DNA of 64,000 nt, taken from the IMG/VR virus record IMGVR_UViG_2687453424_000001. One strand, written 5' to 3'. Shown here in pieces: positions 1 to 11,061 of this stretch (its first letter is position 1; each line of letters begins with the position of its first letter). Source of the DNA: a virus (taxonomy: Duplodnaviria; Heunggongvirae; Uroviricota; Caudoviricetes). Position numbers and translations under genes: made by a program. A model generated the notes under the pieces. It was not told the DNA's origin and ran no database searches. It worked only from the letters and a program-made list of their open reading frames with translations.

Positions 1-3000
1 NNNNNNNNNNNNNNNNNNNNNNNNNNNNNNNNNNNNNNNNNNNNNNNNNNNNNNNNNNNNNNNNNNNNNNNNNNNNNNNNNNNNNNNNNNNNNNNNNNNN
101 NNNNNNNNNNNNNNNNNNNNNNNNNNNNNNNNNNNNNNNNNNNNNNNNNNNNNNNNNNNNNNNNNNNNNNNNNNNNNNNNNNNNNNNNNNNNNNNNNNNN
201 NNNNNNNNNNNNNNNNNNNNNNNNNNNNNNNNNNNNNNNNNNNNNNNNNNNNNNNNNNNNNNNNNNNNNNNNNNNNNNNNNNNNNNNNNNNNNNNNNNNN
301 NNNNNNNNNNNNNNNNNNNNNNNNNNNNNNNNNNNNNNNNNNNNNNNNNNNNNNNNNNNNNNNNNNNNNNNNNNNNNNNNNNNNNNNNNNNNNNNNNNNN
401 NNNNNNNNNNNNNNNNNNNNNNNNNNNNNNNNNNNNNNNNNNNNNNNNNNNNNNNNNNNNNNNNNNNNNNNNNNNNNNNNNNNNNNNNNNNNNNNNNNNN
501 NNNNNNNNNNNNNNNNNNNNNNNNNNNNNNNNNNNNNNNNNNNNNNNNNNNNNNNNNNNNNNNNNNNNNNNNNNNNNNNNNNNNNNNNNNNNNNNNNNNN
601 NNNNNNNNNNNNNNNNNNNNNNNNNNNNNNNNNNNNNNNNNNNNNNNNNNNNNNNNNNNNNNNNNNNNNNNNNNNNNNNNNNNNNNNNNNNNNNNNNNNN
701 NNNNNNNNNNNNNNNNNNNNNNNNNNNNNNNNNNNNNNNNNNNNNNNNNNNNNNNNNNNNNNNNNNNNNNNNNNNNNNNNNNNNNNNNNNNNNNNNNNNN
801 NNNNNNNNNNNNNNNNNNNNNNNNNNNNNNNNNNNNNNNNNNNNNNNNNNNNNNNNNNNNNNNNNNNNNNNNNNNNNNNNNNNNNNNNNNNNNNNNNNNN
901 NNNNNNNNNNNNNNNNNNNNNNNNNNNNNNNNNNNNNNNNNNNNNNNNNNNNNNNNNNNNNNNNNNNNNNNNNNNNNNNNNNNNNNNNNNNNNNNNNNNN
1001 NNNNNNNNNNNNNNNNNNNNNNNNNNNNNNNNNNNNNNNNNNNNNNNNNNNNNNNNNNNNNNNNNNNNNNNNNNNNNNNNNNNNNNNNNNNNNNNNNNNN
1101 NNNNNNNNNNNNNNNNNNNNNNNNNNNNNNNNNNNNNNNNNNNNNNNNNNNNNNNNNNNNNNNNNNNNNNNNNNNNNNNNNNNNNNNNNNNNNNNNNNNN
1201 NNNNNNNNNNNNNNNNNNNNNNNNNNNNNNNNNNNNNNNNNNNNNNNNNNNNNNNNNNNNNNNNNNNNNNNNNNNNNNNNNNNNNNNNNNNNNNNNNNNN
1301 NNNNNNNNNNNNNNNNNNNNNNNNNNNNNNNNNNNNNNNNNNNNNNNNNNNNNNNNNNNNNNNNNNNNNNNNNNNNNNNNNNNNNNNNNNNNNNNNNNNN
1401 NNNNNNNNNNNNNNNNNNNNNNNNNNNNNNNNNNNNNNNNNNNNNNNNNNNNNNNNNNNNNNNNNNNNNNNNNNNNNNNNNNNNNNNNNNNNNNNNNNNN
1501 NNNNNNNNNNNNNNNNNNNNNNNNNNNNNNNNNNNNNNNNNNNNNNNNNNNNNNNNNNNNNNNNNNNNNNNNNNNNNNNNNNNNNNNNNNNNNNNNNNNN
1601 NNNNNNNNNNNNNNNNNNNNNNNNNNNNNNNNNNNNNNNNNNNNNNNNNNNNNNNNNNNNNNNNNNNNNNNNNNNNNNNNNNNNNNNNNNNNNNNNNNNN
1701 NNNNNNNNNNNNNNNNNNNNNNNNNNNNNNNNNNNNNNNNNNNNNNNNNNNNNNNNNNNNNNNNNNNNNNNNNNNNNNNNNNNNNNNNNNNNNNNNNNNN
1801 NNNNNNNNNNNNNNNNNNNNNNNNNNNNNNNNNNNNNNNNNNNNNNNNNNNNNNNNNNNNNNNNNNNNNNNNNNNNNNNNNNNNNNNNNNNNNNNNNNNN
1901 NNNNNNNNNNNNNNNNNNNNNNNNNNNNNNNNNNNNNNNNNNNNNNNNNNNNNNNNNNNNNNNNNNNNNNNNNNNNNNNNNNNNNNNNNNNNNNNNNNNN
2001 NNNNNNNNNNNNNNNNNNNNNNNNNNNNNNNNNNNNNNNNNNNNNNNNNNNNNNNNNNNNNNNNNNNNNNNNNNNNNNNNNNNNNNNNNNNNNNNNNNNN
2101 NNNNNNNNNNNNNNNNNNNNNNNNNNNNNNNNNNNNNNNNNNNNNNNNNNNNNNNNNNNNNNNNNNNNNNNNNNNNNNNNNNNNNNNNNNNNNNNNNNNN
2201 NNNNNNNNNNNNNNNNNNNNNNNNNNNNNNNNNNNNNNNNNNNNNNNNNNNNNNNNNNNNNNNNNNNNNNNNNNNNNNNNNNNNNNNNNNNNNNNNNNNN
2301 NNNNNNNNNNNNNNNNNNNNNNNNNNNNNNNNNNNNNNNNNNNNNNNNNNNNNNNNNNNNNNNNNNNNNNNNNNNNNNNNNNNNNNNNNNNNNNNNNNNN
2401 NNNNNNNNNNNNNNNNNNNNNNNNNNNNNNNNNNNNNNNNNNNNNNNNNNNNNNNNNNNNNNNNNNNNNNNNNNNNNNNNNNNNNNNNNNNNNNNNNNNN
2501 NNNNNNNNNNNNNNNNNNNNNNNNNNNNNNNNNNNNNNNNNNNNNNNNNNNNNNNNNNNNNNNNNNNNNNNNNNNNNNNNNNNNNNNNNNNNNNNNNNNN
2601 NNNNNNNNNNNNNNNNNNNNNNNNNNNNNNNNNNNNNNNNNNNNNNNNNNNNNNNNNNNNNNNNNNNNNNNNNNNNNNNNNNNNNNNNNNNNNNNNNNNN
2701 NNNNNNNNNNNNNNNNNNNNNNNNNNNNNNNNNNNNNNNNNNNNNNNNNNNNNNNNNNNNNNNNNNNNNNNNNNNNNNNNNNNNNNNNNNNNNNNNNNNN
2801 NNNNNNNNNNNNNNNNNNNNNNNNNNNNNNNNNNNNNNNNNNNNNNNNNNNNNNNNNNNNNNNNNNNNNNNNNNNNNNNNNNNNNNNNNNNNNNNNNNNN
2901 NNNNNNNNNNNNNNNNNNNNNNNNNNNNNNNNNNNNNNNNNNNNNNNNNNNNNNNNNNNNNNNNNNNNNNNNNNNNNNNNNNNNNNNNNNNNNNNNNNNN

Positions 3001-4643
3001 NNNNNNNNNNNNNNNNNNNNNNNNNNNNNNNNNNNNNNNNNNNNNNNNNNNNNNNNNNNNNNNNNNNNNNNNNNNNNNNNNNNNNNNNNNNNNNNNNNNN
3101 NNNNNNNNNNNNNNNNNNNNNNNNNNNNNNNNNNNNNNNNNNNNNNNNNNNNNNNNNNNNNNNNNNNNNNNNNNNNNNNNNNNNNNNNNNNNNNNNNNNN
3201 NNNNNNNNNNNNNNNNNNNNNNNNNNNNNNNNNNNNNNNNNNNNNNNNNNNNNNNNNNNNNNNNNNNNNNNNNNNNNNNNNNNNNNNNNNNNNNNNNNNN
3301 NNNNNNNNNNNNNNNNNNNNNNNNNNNNNNNNNNNNNNNNNNNNNNNNNNNNNNNNNNNNNNNNNNNNNNNNNNNNNNNNNNNNNNNNNNNNNNNNNNNN
3401 NNNNNNNNNNNNNNNNNNNNNNNNNNNNNNNNNNNNNNNNNNNNNNNNNNNNNNNNNNNNNNNNNNNNNNNNNNNNNNNNNNNNNNNNNNNNNNNNNNNN
3501 NNNNNNNNNNNNNNNNNNNNNNNNNNNNNNNNNNNNNNNNNNNNNNNNNNNNNNNNNNNNNNNNNNNNNNNNNNNNNNNNNNNNNNNNNNNNNNNNNNNN
3601 NNNNNNNNNNNNNNNNNNNNNNNNNNNNNNNNNNNNNNNNNNNNNNNNNNNNNNNNNNNNNNNNNNNNNNNNNNNNNNNNNNNNNNNNNNNNNNNNNNNN
3701 NNNNNNNNNNNNNNNNNNNNNNNNNNNNNNNNNNNNNNNNNNNNNNNNNNNNNNNNNNNNNNNNNNNNNNNNNNNNNNNNNNNNNNNNNNNNNNNNNNNN
3801 NNNNNNNNNNNNNNNNNNNNNNNNNNNNNNNNNNNNNNNNNNNNNNNNNNNNNNNNNNNNNNNNNNNNNNNNNNNNNNNNNNNNNNNNNNNNNNNNNNNN
3901 NNNNNNNNNNNNNNNNNNNNNNNNNNNNNNNNNNNNNNNNNNNNNNNNNNNNNNNNNNNNNNNNNNNNNNNNNNNNNNNNNNNNNNNNNNNNNNNNNNNN
4001 NNNNNNNNNNNNNNNNNNNNNNNNNNNNNNNNNNNNNNNNNNNNNNNNNNNNNNNNNNNNNNNNNNNNNNNNNNNNNNNNNNNNNNNNNNNNNNNNNNNN
4101 NNNNNNNNNNNNNNNNNNNNNNNNNNNNNNNNNNNNNNNNNNNNNNNNNNNNNNNNNNNNNNNNNNNNNNNNNNNNNNNNNNNNNNNNNNNNNNNNNNNN
4201 NNNNNNNNNNNNNNNNNNNNNNNNNNNNNNNNNNNNNNNNNNNNNNNNNNNNNNNNNNNNNNNNNNNNNNNNNNNNNNNNNNNNNNNNNNNNNNNNNNNN
4301 NNNNNNNNNNNNNNNNNNNNNNNNNNNNNNNNNNNNNNNNNNNNNNNNNNNNNNNNNNNNNNNNNNNNNNNNNNNNNNNNNNNNNNNNNNNNNNNNNNNN
4401 NNNNNNNNNNNNNNNNNNNNNNNNNNNNNNNNNNNNNNNNNNNNNNNNNNNNNNNNNNNNNNNNNNNNNNNNNNNNNNNNNNNNNNNNNNNNNNNNNNNN
4501 NNNNNNNNNNNNNNNNNNNNNNNNNNNNNNNNNNNNNNNNNNNNNNNNNNNNNNNNNNNNNNNNNNNNNNNNNNNNNNNNNNNNNNNNNNNNNNNNNNNN
4601 NNNNNNNNNNNNNNNNNNNNNNNNNNNNNNNNNNNNNNNNNNN
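1..4643. other. assembly gap (N run)
   Basis: continuous n. Confidence 1.
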
Positions 4644-4984
4644 CTCCCCACACCAGCACAACAGCCCCGGCCCTTGGGTTCCTCAAGAGCTCTTCCTGTT
4701 CCAGGCACAGAGCAGCCGTCCCAGAGCTGGAGCAGCCAGAAAGCTGATTTCATTCCCCTTCATTCCTTCCATGGGAGGACATAGCACAGACAAGAAGTTG
4801 CTGCAGGATCATTTATTTCCCATAAATACAATGACATACCCTCACTGACACGAAGTCTCTGGGTCACATCCAACGGTGGCTGCTTAAGCAGGAGGGTGAT
4901 AACTGACATTTTTATGAAAACAAAGTCATCATAAATTGAACAGGAAAACAAACGTAAAGCAGGAAAGACAGACGTGGCCTGTCT

Positions 4985-5596
4985 TTACCTACACTTGGAA
5001 CCCTTTCCAGGGTAAAGCGAGCAGTACATGGCTGCTGAAACACATCCAGTCACCAGCTTCCTCACAGCATCCTTGAGCTCCTGGTTCCTCAGGCTGTAGA
5101 TGAGGGGTTTCACTGCTGGAGGCACCACCGAGTACAGCACTTACAACACCAGATCCAGGGATGGGGAGGAGATGGAGGGGGGCTTCCAATAGGCAAAGGT
5201 ACAAGTGCTGACAAAGAGGGAGAGCACGGCCAGGTGAGGGAGGCACGTGGAAAAGGCTTTGTGATGTCCCTGCTCAGAGGGCATCCTCAGCACGGCCCTG
5301 AAGATCTGCACATAGGACCCCACAATGAACACAAAACAGCCAAGTCCCAAACAGAAACTTAGCACAAGAAGCCCAACTTCCCTGAGGTAGGAATGTGAGC
5401 AGGAGAGCTTGAGGATCTGGGGGATTTCACAGAAGAACTGCTCCACAGCATTGCCTCGGCAGAGGGGGAGTGAAAATGTATTTTGAAGGCAACTGTGAAG
5501 AGTCTCTGCACTGGGCAGAAAAAAGGGCACAACTGTCTGTGGATTTGTGCCTACTCAAGGTTGCTTCAGAGTCCATCAGTCTGGTTCTCAGCTGCT
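4985..5596 (-). pseudogene. olfactory receptor (class A GPCR) gene, 3' portion only (about TM4 to C-terminus), with an in-frame TAA stop; 5' half lost in the next gap
   Basis: Minus-strand translation shows OR motifs: FFCEIPQILKLSCSHSY, AVLRMPSEQGHHKAFSTCLPHLAVLSLF, and after an in-frame stop (..SLDLVL*VLYSVVPPAVK..) PLIYSLRNQELKDAVRKL. Stop and following codons read directly from sequence in one frame. Confidence 0.8.
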
Positions 5597-8500
5597 NNNN
5601 NNNNNNNNNNNNNNNNNNNNNNNNNNNNNNNNNNNNNNNNNNNNNNNNNNNNNNNNNNNNNNNNNNNNNNNNNNNNNNNNNNNNNNNNNNNNNNNNNNNN
5701 NNNNNNNNNNNNNNNNNNNNNNNNNNNNNNNNNNNNNNNNNNNNNNNNNNNNNNNNNNNNNNNNNNNNNNNNNNNNNNNNNNNNNNNNNNNNNNNNNNNN
5801 NNNNNNNNNNNNNNNNNNNNNNNNNNNNNNNNNNNNNNNNNNNNNNNNNNNNNNNNNNNNNNNNNNNNNNNNNNNNNNNNNNNNNNNNNNNNNNNNNNNN
5901 NNNNNNNNNNNNNNNNNNNNNNNNNNNNNNNNNNNNNNNNNNNNNNNNNNNNNNNNNNNNNNNNNNNNNNNNNNNNNNNNNNNNNNNNNNNNNNNNNNNN
6001 NNNNNNNNNNNNNNNNNNNNNNNNNNNNNNNNNNNNNNNNNNNNNNNNNNNNNNNNNNNNNNNNNNNNNNNNNNNNNNNNNNNNNNNNNNNNNNNNNNNN
6101 NNNNNNNNNNNNNNNNNNNNNNNNNNNNNNNNNNNNNNNNNNNNNNNNNNNNNNNNNNNNNNNNNNNNNNNNNNNNNNNNNNNNNNNNNNNNNNNNNNNN
6201 NNNNNNNNNNNNNNNNNNNNNNNNNNNNNNNNNNNNNNNNNNNNNNNNNNNNNNNNNNNNNNNNNNNNNNNNNNNNNNNNNNNNNNNNNNNNNNNNNNNN
6301 NNNNNNNNNNNNNNNNNNNNNNNNNNNNNNNNNNNNNNNNNNNNNNNNNNNNNNNNNNNNNNNNNNNNNNNNNNNNNNNNNNNNNNNNNNNNNNNNNNNN
6401 NNNNNNNNNNNNNNNNNNNNNNNNNNNNNNNNNNNNNNNNNNNNNNNNNNNNNNNNNNNNNNNNNNNNNNNNNNNNNNNNNNNNNNNNNNNNNNNNNNNN
6501 NNNNNNNNNNNNNNNNNNNNNNNNNNNNNNNNNNNNNNNNNNNNNNNNNNNNNNNNNNNNNNNNNNNNNNNNNNNNNNNNNNNNNNNNNNNNNNNNNNNN
6601 NNNNNNNNNNNNNNNNNNNNNNNNNNNNNNNNNNNNNNNNNNNNNNNNNNNNNNNNNNNNNNNNNNNNNNNNNNNNNNNNNNNNNNNNNNNNNNNNNNNN
6701 NNNNNNNNNNNNNNNNNNNNNNNNNNNNNNNNNNNNNNNNNNNNNNNNNNNNNNNNNNNNNNNNNNNNNNNNNNNNNNNNNNNNNNNNNNNNNNNNNNNN
6801 NNNNNNNNNNNNNNNNNNNNNNNNNNNNNNNNNNNNNNNNNNNNNNNNNNNNNNNNNNNNNNNNNNNNNNNNNNNNNNNNNNNNNNNNNNNNNNNNNNNN
6901 NNNNNNNNNNNNNNNNNNNNNNNNNNNNNNNNNNNNNNNNNNNNNNNNNNNNNNNNNNNNNNNNNNNNNNNNNNNNNNNNNNNNNNNNNNNNNNNNNNNN
7001 NNNNNNNNNNNNNNNNNNNNNNNNNNNNNNNNNNNNNNNNNNNNNNNNNNNNNNNNNNNNNNNNNNNNNNNNNNNNNNNNNNNNNNNNNNNNNNNNNNNN
7101 NNNNNNNNNNNNNNNNNNNNNNNNNNNNNNNNNNNNNNNNNNNNNNNNNNNNNNNNNNNNNNNNNNNNNNNNNNNNNNNNNNNNNNNNNNNNNNNNNNNN
7201 NNNNNNNNNNNNNNNNNNNNNNNNNNNNNNNNNNNNNNNNNNNNNNNNNNNNNNNNNNNNNNNNNNNNNNNNNNNNNNNNNNNNNNNNNNNNNNNNNNNN
7301 NNNNNNNNNNNNNNNNNNNNNNNNNNNNNNNNNNNNNNNNNNNNNNNNNNNNNNNNNNNNNNNNNNNNNNNNNNNNNNNNNNNNNNNNNNNNNNNNNNNN
7401 NNNNNNNNNNNNNNNNNNNNNNNNNNNNNNNNNNNNNNNNNNNNNNNNNNNNNNNNNNNNNNNNNNNNNNNNNNNNNNNNNNNNNNNNNNNNNNNNNNNN
7501 NNNNNNNNNNNNNNNNNNNNNNNNNNNNNNNNNNNNNNNNNNNNNNNNNNNNNNNNNNNNNNNNNNNNNNNNNNNNNNNNNNNNNNNNNNNNNNNNNNNN
7601 NNNNNNNNNNNNNNNNNNNNNNNNNNNNNNNNNNNNNNNNNNNNNNNNNNNNNNNNNNNNNNNNNNNNNNNNNNNNNNNNNNNNNNNNNNNNNNNNNNNN
7701 NNNNNNNNNNNNNNNNNNNNNNNNNNNNNNNNNNNNNNNNNNNNNNNNNNNNNNNNNNNNNNNNNNNNNNNNNNNNNNNNNNNNNNNNNNNNNNNNNNNN
7801 NNNNNNNNNNNNNNNNNNNNNNNNNNNNNNNNNNNNNNNNNNNNNNNNNNNNNNNNNNNNNNNNNNNNNNNNNNNNNNNNNNNNNNNNNNNNNNNNNNNN
7901 NNNNNNNNNNNNNNNNNNNNNNNNNNNNNNNNNNNNNNNNNNNNNNNNNNNNNNNNNNNNNNNNNNNNNNNNNNNNNNNNNNNNNNNNNNNNNNNNNNNN
8001 NNNNNNNNNNNNNNNNNNNNNNNNNNNNNNNNNNNNNNNNNNNNNNNNNNNNNNNNNNNNNNNNNNNNNNNNNNNNNNNNNNNNNNNNNNNNNNNNNNNN
8101 NNNNNNNNNNNNNNNNNNNNNNNNNNNNNNNNNNNNNNNNNNNNNNNNNNNNNNNNNNNNNNNNNNNNNNNNNNNNNNNNNNNNNNNNNNNNNNNNNNNN
8201 NNNNNNNNNNNNNNNNNNNNNNNNNNNNNNNNNNNNNNNNNNNNNNNNNNNNNNNNNNNNNNNNNNNNNNNNNNNNNNNNNNNNNNNNNNNNNNNNNNNN
8301 NNNNNNNNNNNNNNNNNNNNNNNNNNNNNNNNNNNNNNNNNNNNNNNNNNNNNNNNNNNNNNNNNNNNNNNNNNNNNNNNNNNNNNNNNNNNNNNNNNNN
8401 NNNNNNNNNNNNNNNNNNNNNNNNNNNNNNNNNNNNNNNNNNNNNNNNNNNNNNNNNNNNNNNNNNNNNNNNNNNNNNNNNNNNNNNNNNNNNNNNNNNN

Positions 8501-9958
8501 NNNNNNNNNNNNNNNNNNNNNNNNNNNNNNNNNNNNNNNNNNNNNNNNNNNNNNNNNNNNNNNNNNNNNNNNNNNNNNNNNNNNNNNNNNNNNNNNNNNN
8601 NNNNNNNNNNNNNNNNNNNNNNNNNNNNNNNNNNNNNNNNNNNNNNNNNNNNNNNNNNNNNNNNNNNNNNNNNNNNNNNNNNNNNNNNNNNNNNNNNNNN
8701 NNNNNNNNNNNNNNNNNNNNNNNNNNNNNNNNNNNNNNNNNNNNNNNNNNNNNNNNNNNNNNNNNNNNNNNNNNNNNNNNNNNNNNNNNNNNNNNNNNNN
8801 NNNNNNNNNNNNNNNNNNNNNNNNNNNNNNNNNNNNNNNNNNNNNNNNNNNNNNNNNNNNNNNNNNNNNNNNNNNNNNNNNNNNNNNNNNNNNNNNNNNN
8901 NNNNNNNNNNNNNNNNNNNNNNNNNNNNNNNNNNNNNNNNNNNNNNNNNNNNNNNNNNNNNNNNNNNNNNNNNNNNNNNNNNNNNNNNNNNNNNNNNNNN
9001 NNNNNNNNNNNNNNNNNNNNNNNNNNNNNNNNNNNNNNNNNNNNNNNNNNNNNNNNNNNNNNNNNNNNNNNNNNNNNNNNNNNNNNNNNNNNNNNNNNNN
9101 NNNNNNNNNNNNNNNNNNNNNNNNNNNNNNNNNNNNNNNNNNNNNNNNNNNNNNNNNNNNNNNNNNNNNNNNNNNNNNNNNNNNNNNNNNNNNNNNNNNN
9201 NNNNNNNNNNNNNNNNNNNNNNNNNNNNNNNNNNNNNNNNNNNNNNNNNNNNNNNNNNNNNNNNNNNNNNNNNNNNNNNNNNNNNNNNNNNNNNNNNNNN
9301 NNNNNNNNNNNNNNNNNNNNNNNNNNNNNNNNNNNNNNNNNNNNNNNNNNNNNNNNNNNNNNNNNNNNNNNNNNNNNNNNNNNNNNNNNNNNNNNNNNNN
9401 NNNNNNNNNNNNNNNNNNNNNNNNNNNNNNNNNNNNNNNNNNNNNNNNNNNNNNNNNNNNNNNNNNNNNNNNNNNNNNNNNNNNNNNNNNNNNNNNNNNN
9501 NNNNNNNNNNNNNNNNNNNNNNNNNNNNNNNNNNNNNNNNNNNNNNNNNNNNNNNNNNNNNNNNNNNNNNNNNNNNNNNNNNNNNNNNNNNNNNNNNNNN
9601 NNNNNNNNNNNNNNNNNNNNNNNNNNNNNNNNNNNNNNNNNNNNNNNNNNNNNNNNNNNNNNNNNNNNNNNNNNNNNNNNNNNNNNNNNNNNNNNNNNNN
9701 NNNNNNNNNNNNNNNNNNNNNNNNNNNNNNNNNNNNNNNNNNNNNNNNNNNNNNNNNNNNNNNNNNNNNNNNNNNNNNNNNNNNNNNNNNNNNNNNNNNN
9801 NNNNNNNNNNNNNNNNNNNNNNNNNNNNNNNNNNNNNNNNNNNNNNNNNNNNNNNNNNNNNNNNNNNNNNNNNNNNNNNNNNNNNNNNNNNNNNNNNNNN
9901 NNNNNNNNNNNNNNNNNNNNNNNNNNNNNNNNNNNNNNNNNNNNNNNNNNNNNNNNNN
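5597..9958. other. assembly gap (N run)
   Basis: continuous n. Confidence 1.
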
Positions 9959-10184
9959 GTCTCTCTGCGTCCCAGGAGCCCAGCCCAGCTCAGCAGGAGA
10001 GGCCCAGCCCATGGTGGTTCTGCCTCTGTCCTGCTGGGCTCCCTCCAGGGCTCCCTGGGGCTCCAGGGGAACACCATGGGAAACAGCCTGAAGCAAGCAC
10101 TGATGTTCCTTCCCTCAGCTGGCAGACACACTGCCTGCCTGCAGTGTCATTTCTCTGATGAGAGACAGAGATTGGTCTGAACAA
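9959..10184. repeat. duplicated segment, copy 1 (paralogue at ~55205-55455)
   Basis: Near-identical by eye to 55205-55455 (tctctctgcgtcccaggagcccagcccagctcagcag...gcagtgtcatttctctgatgagagacagag), with scattered substitutions. Confidence 0.7.
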
Positions 10185-10400
10185 CAAGATTTTGTAGGAT
10201 CATGGAACCATTTATTTTGGAAAAGACACTTTAGAACATTGAGTCCACCATTAACCAAACACTGGCAAGTCAACACATGAACCATGTCCATTAGAGCATG
10301 TCTTTTAAATACCTCCAGGGATGGTGACACAACCACTTCTGCAGGCAGCGTTTTTCTTGTCCCATCATCAGACAGGACAGGCAGGCCAGGACAGGCTGGG
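10185..10400 (-). mobile_element. CR1 LINE 3'-terminal fragment
   Basis: Minus-strand ORF ends with CR1 ORF2 C-terminal-like peptide (..PSLEVFKRHALMDMV.., GLNVLKCLFQ); DNA matches the common avian CR1 3'-end pattern; paralogous to 55455-55660. Confidence 0.7.
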
Positions 10401-10499
10401 ATCTCCTTTACCCCGGCTGAAGGAAGGGATTCAGCCCGGTCAGCTGACCCATCTCATCCTGGGATTGCAGCCCTGGGGCTGGAAGGGGATTCAGCTCCG

Positions 10500-10660
10500 T
10501 CCCATAAACACCAGAAACCCACAGGAGCTCTCACTTCCTCAGAAGGTGAAAATGTACCATTATGTAGATGATGTCTTAATCAGAGATTCCCCCACAAAGG
10601 CAGGGGAAGCAGCAACAGCAGTGTGGGAAGCACTACAGGATGTCAAAGTTCCACCTGAGC
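10500..10660 (+). mobile_element. possible retroviral RT fragment (YVDD motif)
   Basis: Plus-strand translation ..LPQKVKMYHYVDDVLIRDSPTKAGEAATAVWEALQDV.. contains a YxDD polymerase motif; short, no flanking RT motifs recognised. Confidence 0.3.
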
Positions 10661-11061
10661 AACGTCAGAAGCCAAGTAGAAACCAGCAGATCAATGCTCC
10701 CACCCAACTTGGTGTTGGCCGCAAATTTACACATCCCAGTATGGAGCAGTGTGGACCAGCTTGCACCAGTACAGACCAACATAGGCCACTATGGCCCCAG
10801 ATACTGCTGGGGTTTTAATATCCCAGTGCTCCCAGTCCCTGCTGCAGGTCTTCCCACTTGCAGCTGTGCTCAACTCCCAATCCCTTCCAGTGCTCCCACT
10901 ACCTGCTGCAGGTGCTCCCAGTCCTTCCCAGTCCCTCCCAGTGCTCCCAGTCCTTGCCACAGGTGCTCCTGCTCATCCCCCACCAGACCTCCTTGGTCTT
11001 TTTCAGAAGGACACCCCAAATTAGGCAACCCCCACTCTGGGGCTGGCCCTGCCGACTCCCT
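10660..11061 (-). mobile_element. CR1-like LINE fragment, divergent subfamily, runs into gap
   Basis: DNA parallels the CR1 ORF2 region seen at 56930-57275 (..cagcagatcaatg.tcccacc...gcaaatttacacatcccagtatggagcag..); cccagtgctcccagtcc direct sub-repeats. Confidence 0.55.

Noticed and set aside
5470-10180. ORF-track ORFs of 1500-2100 aa (for example 5470-10158, 10640-15946, 21284-26755, 28913-35311, 41496-46259, 50333-54613, 56815-61953)
   Set aside because: They consist almost entirely of X translated from N runs; only the short flanking sequenced parts are real, and those were assessed separately.
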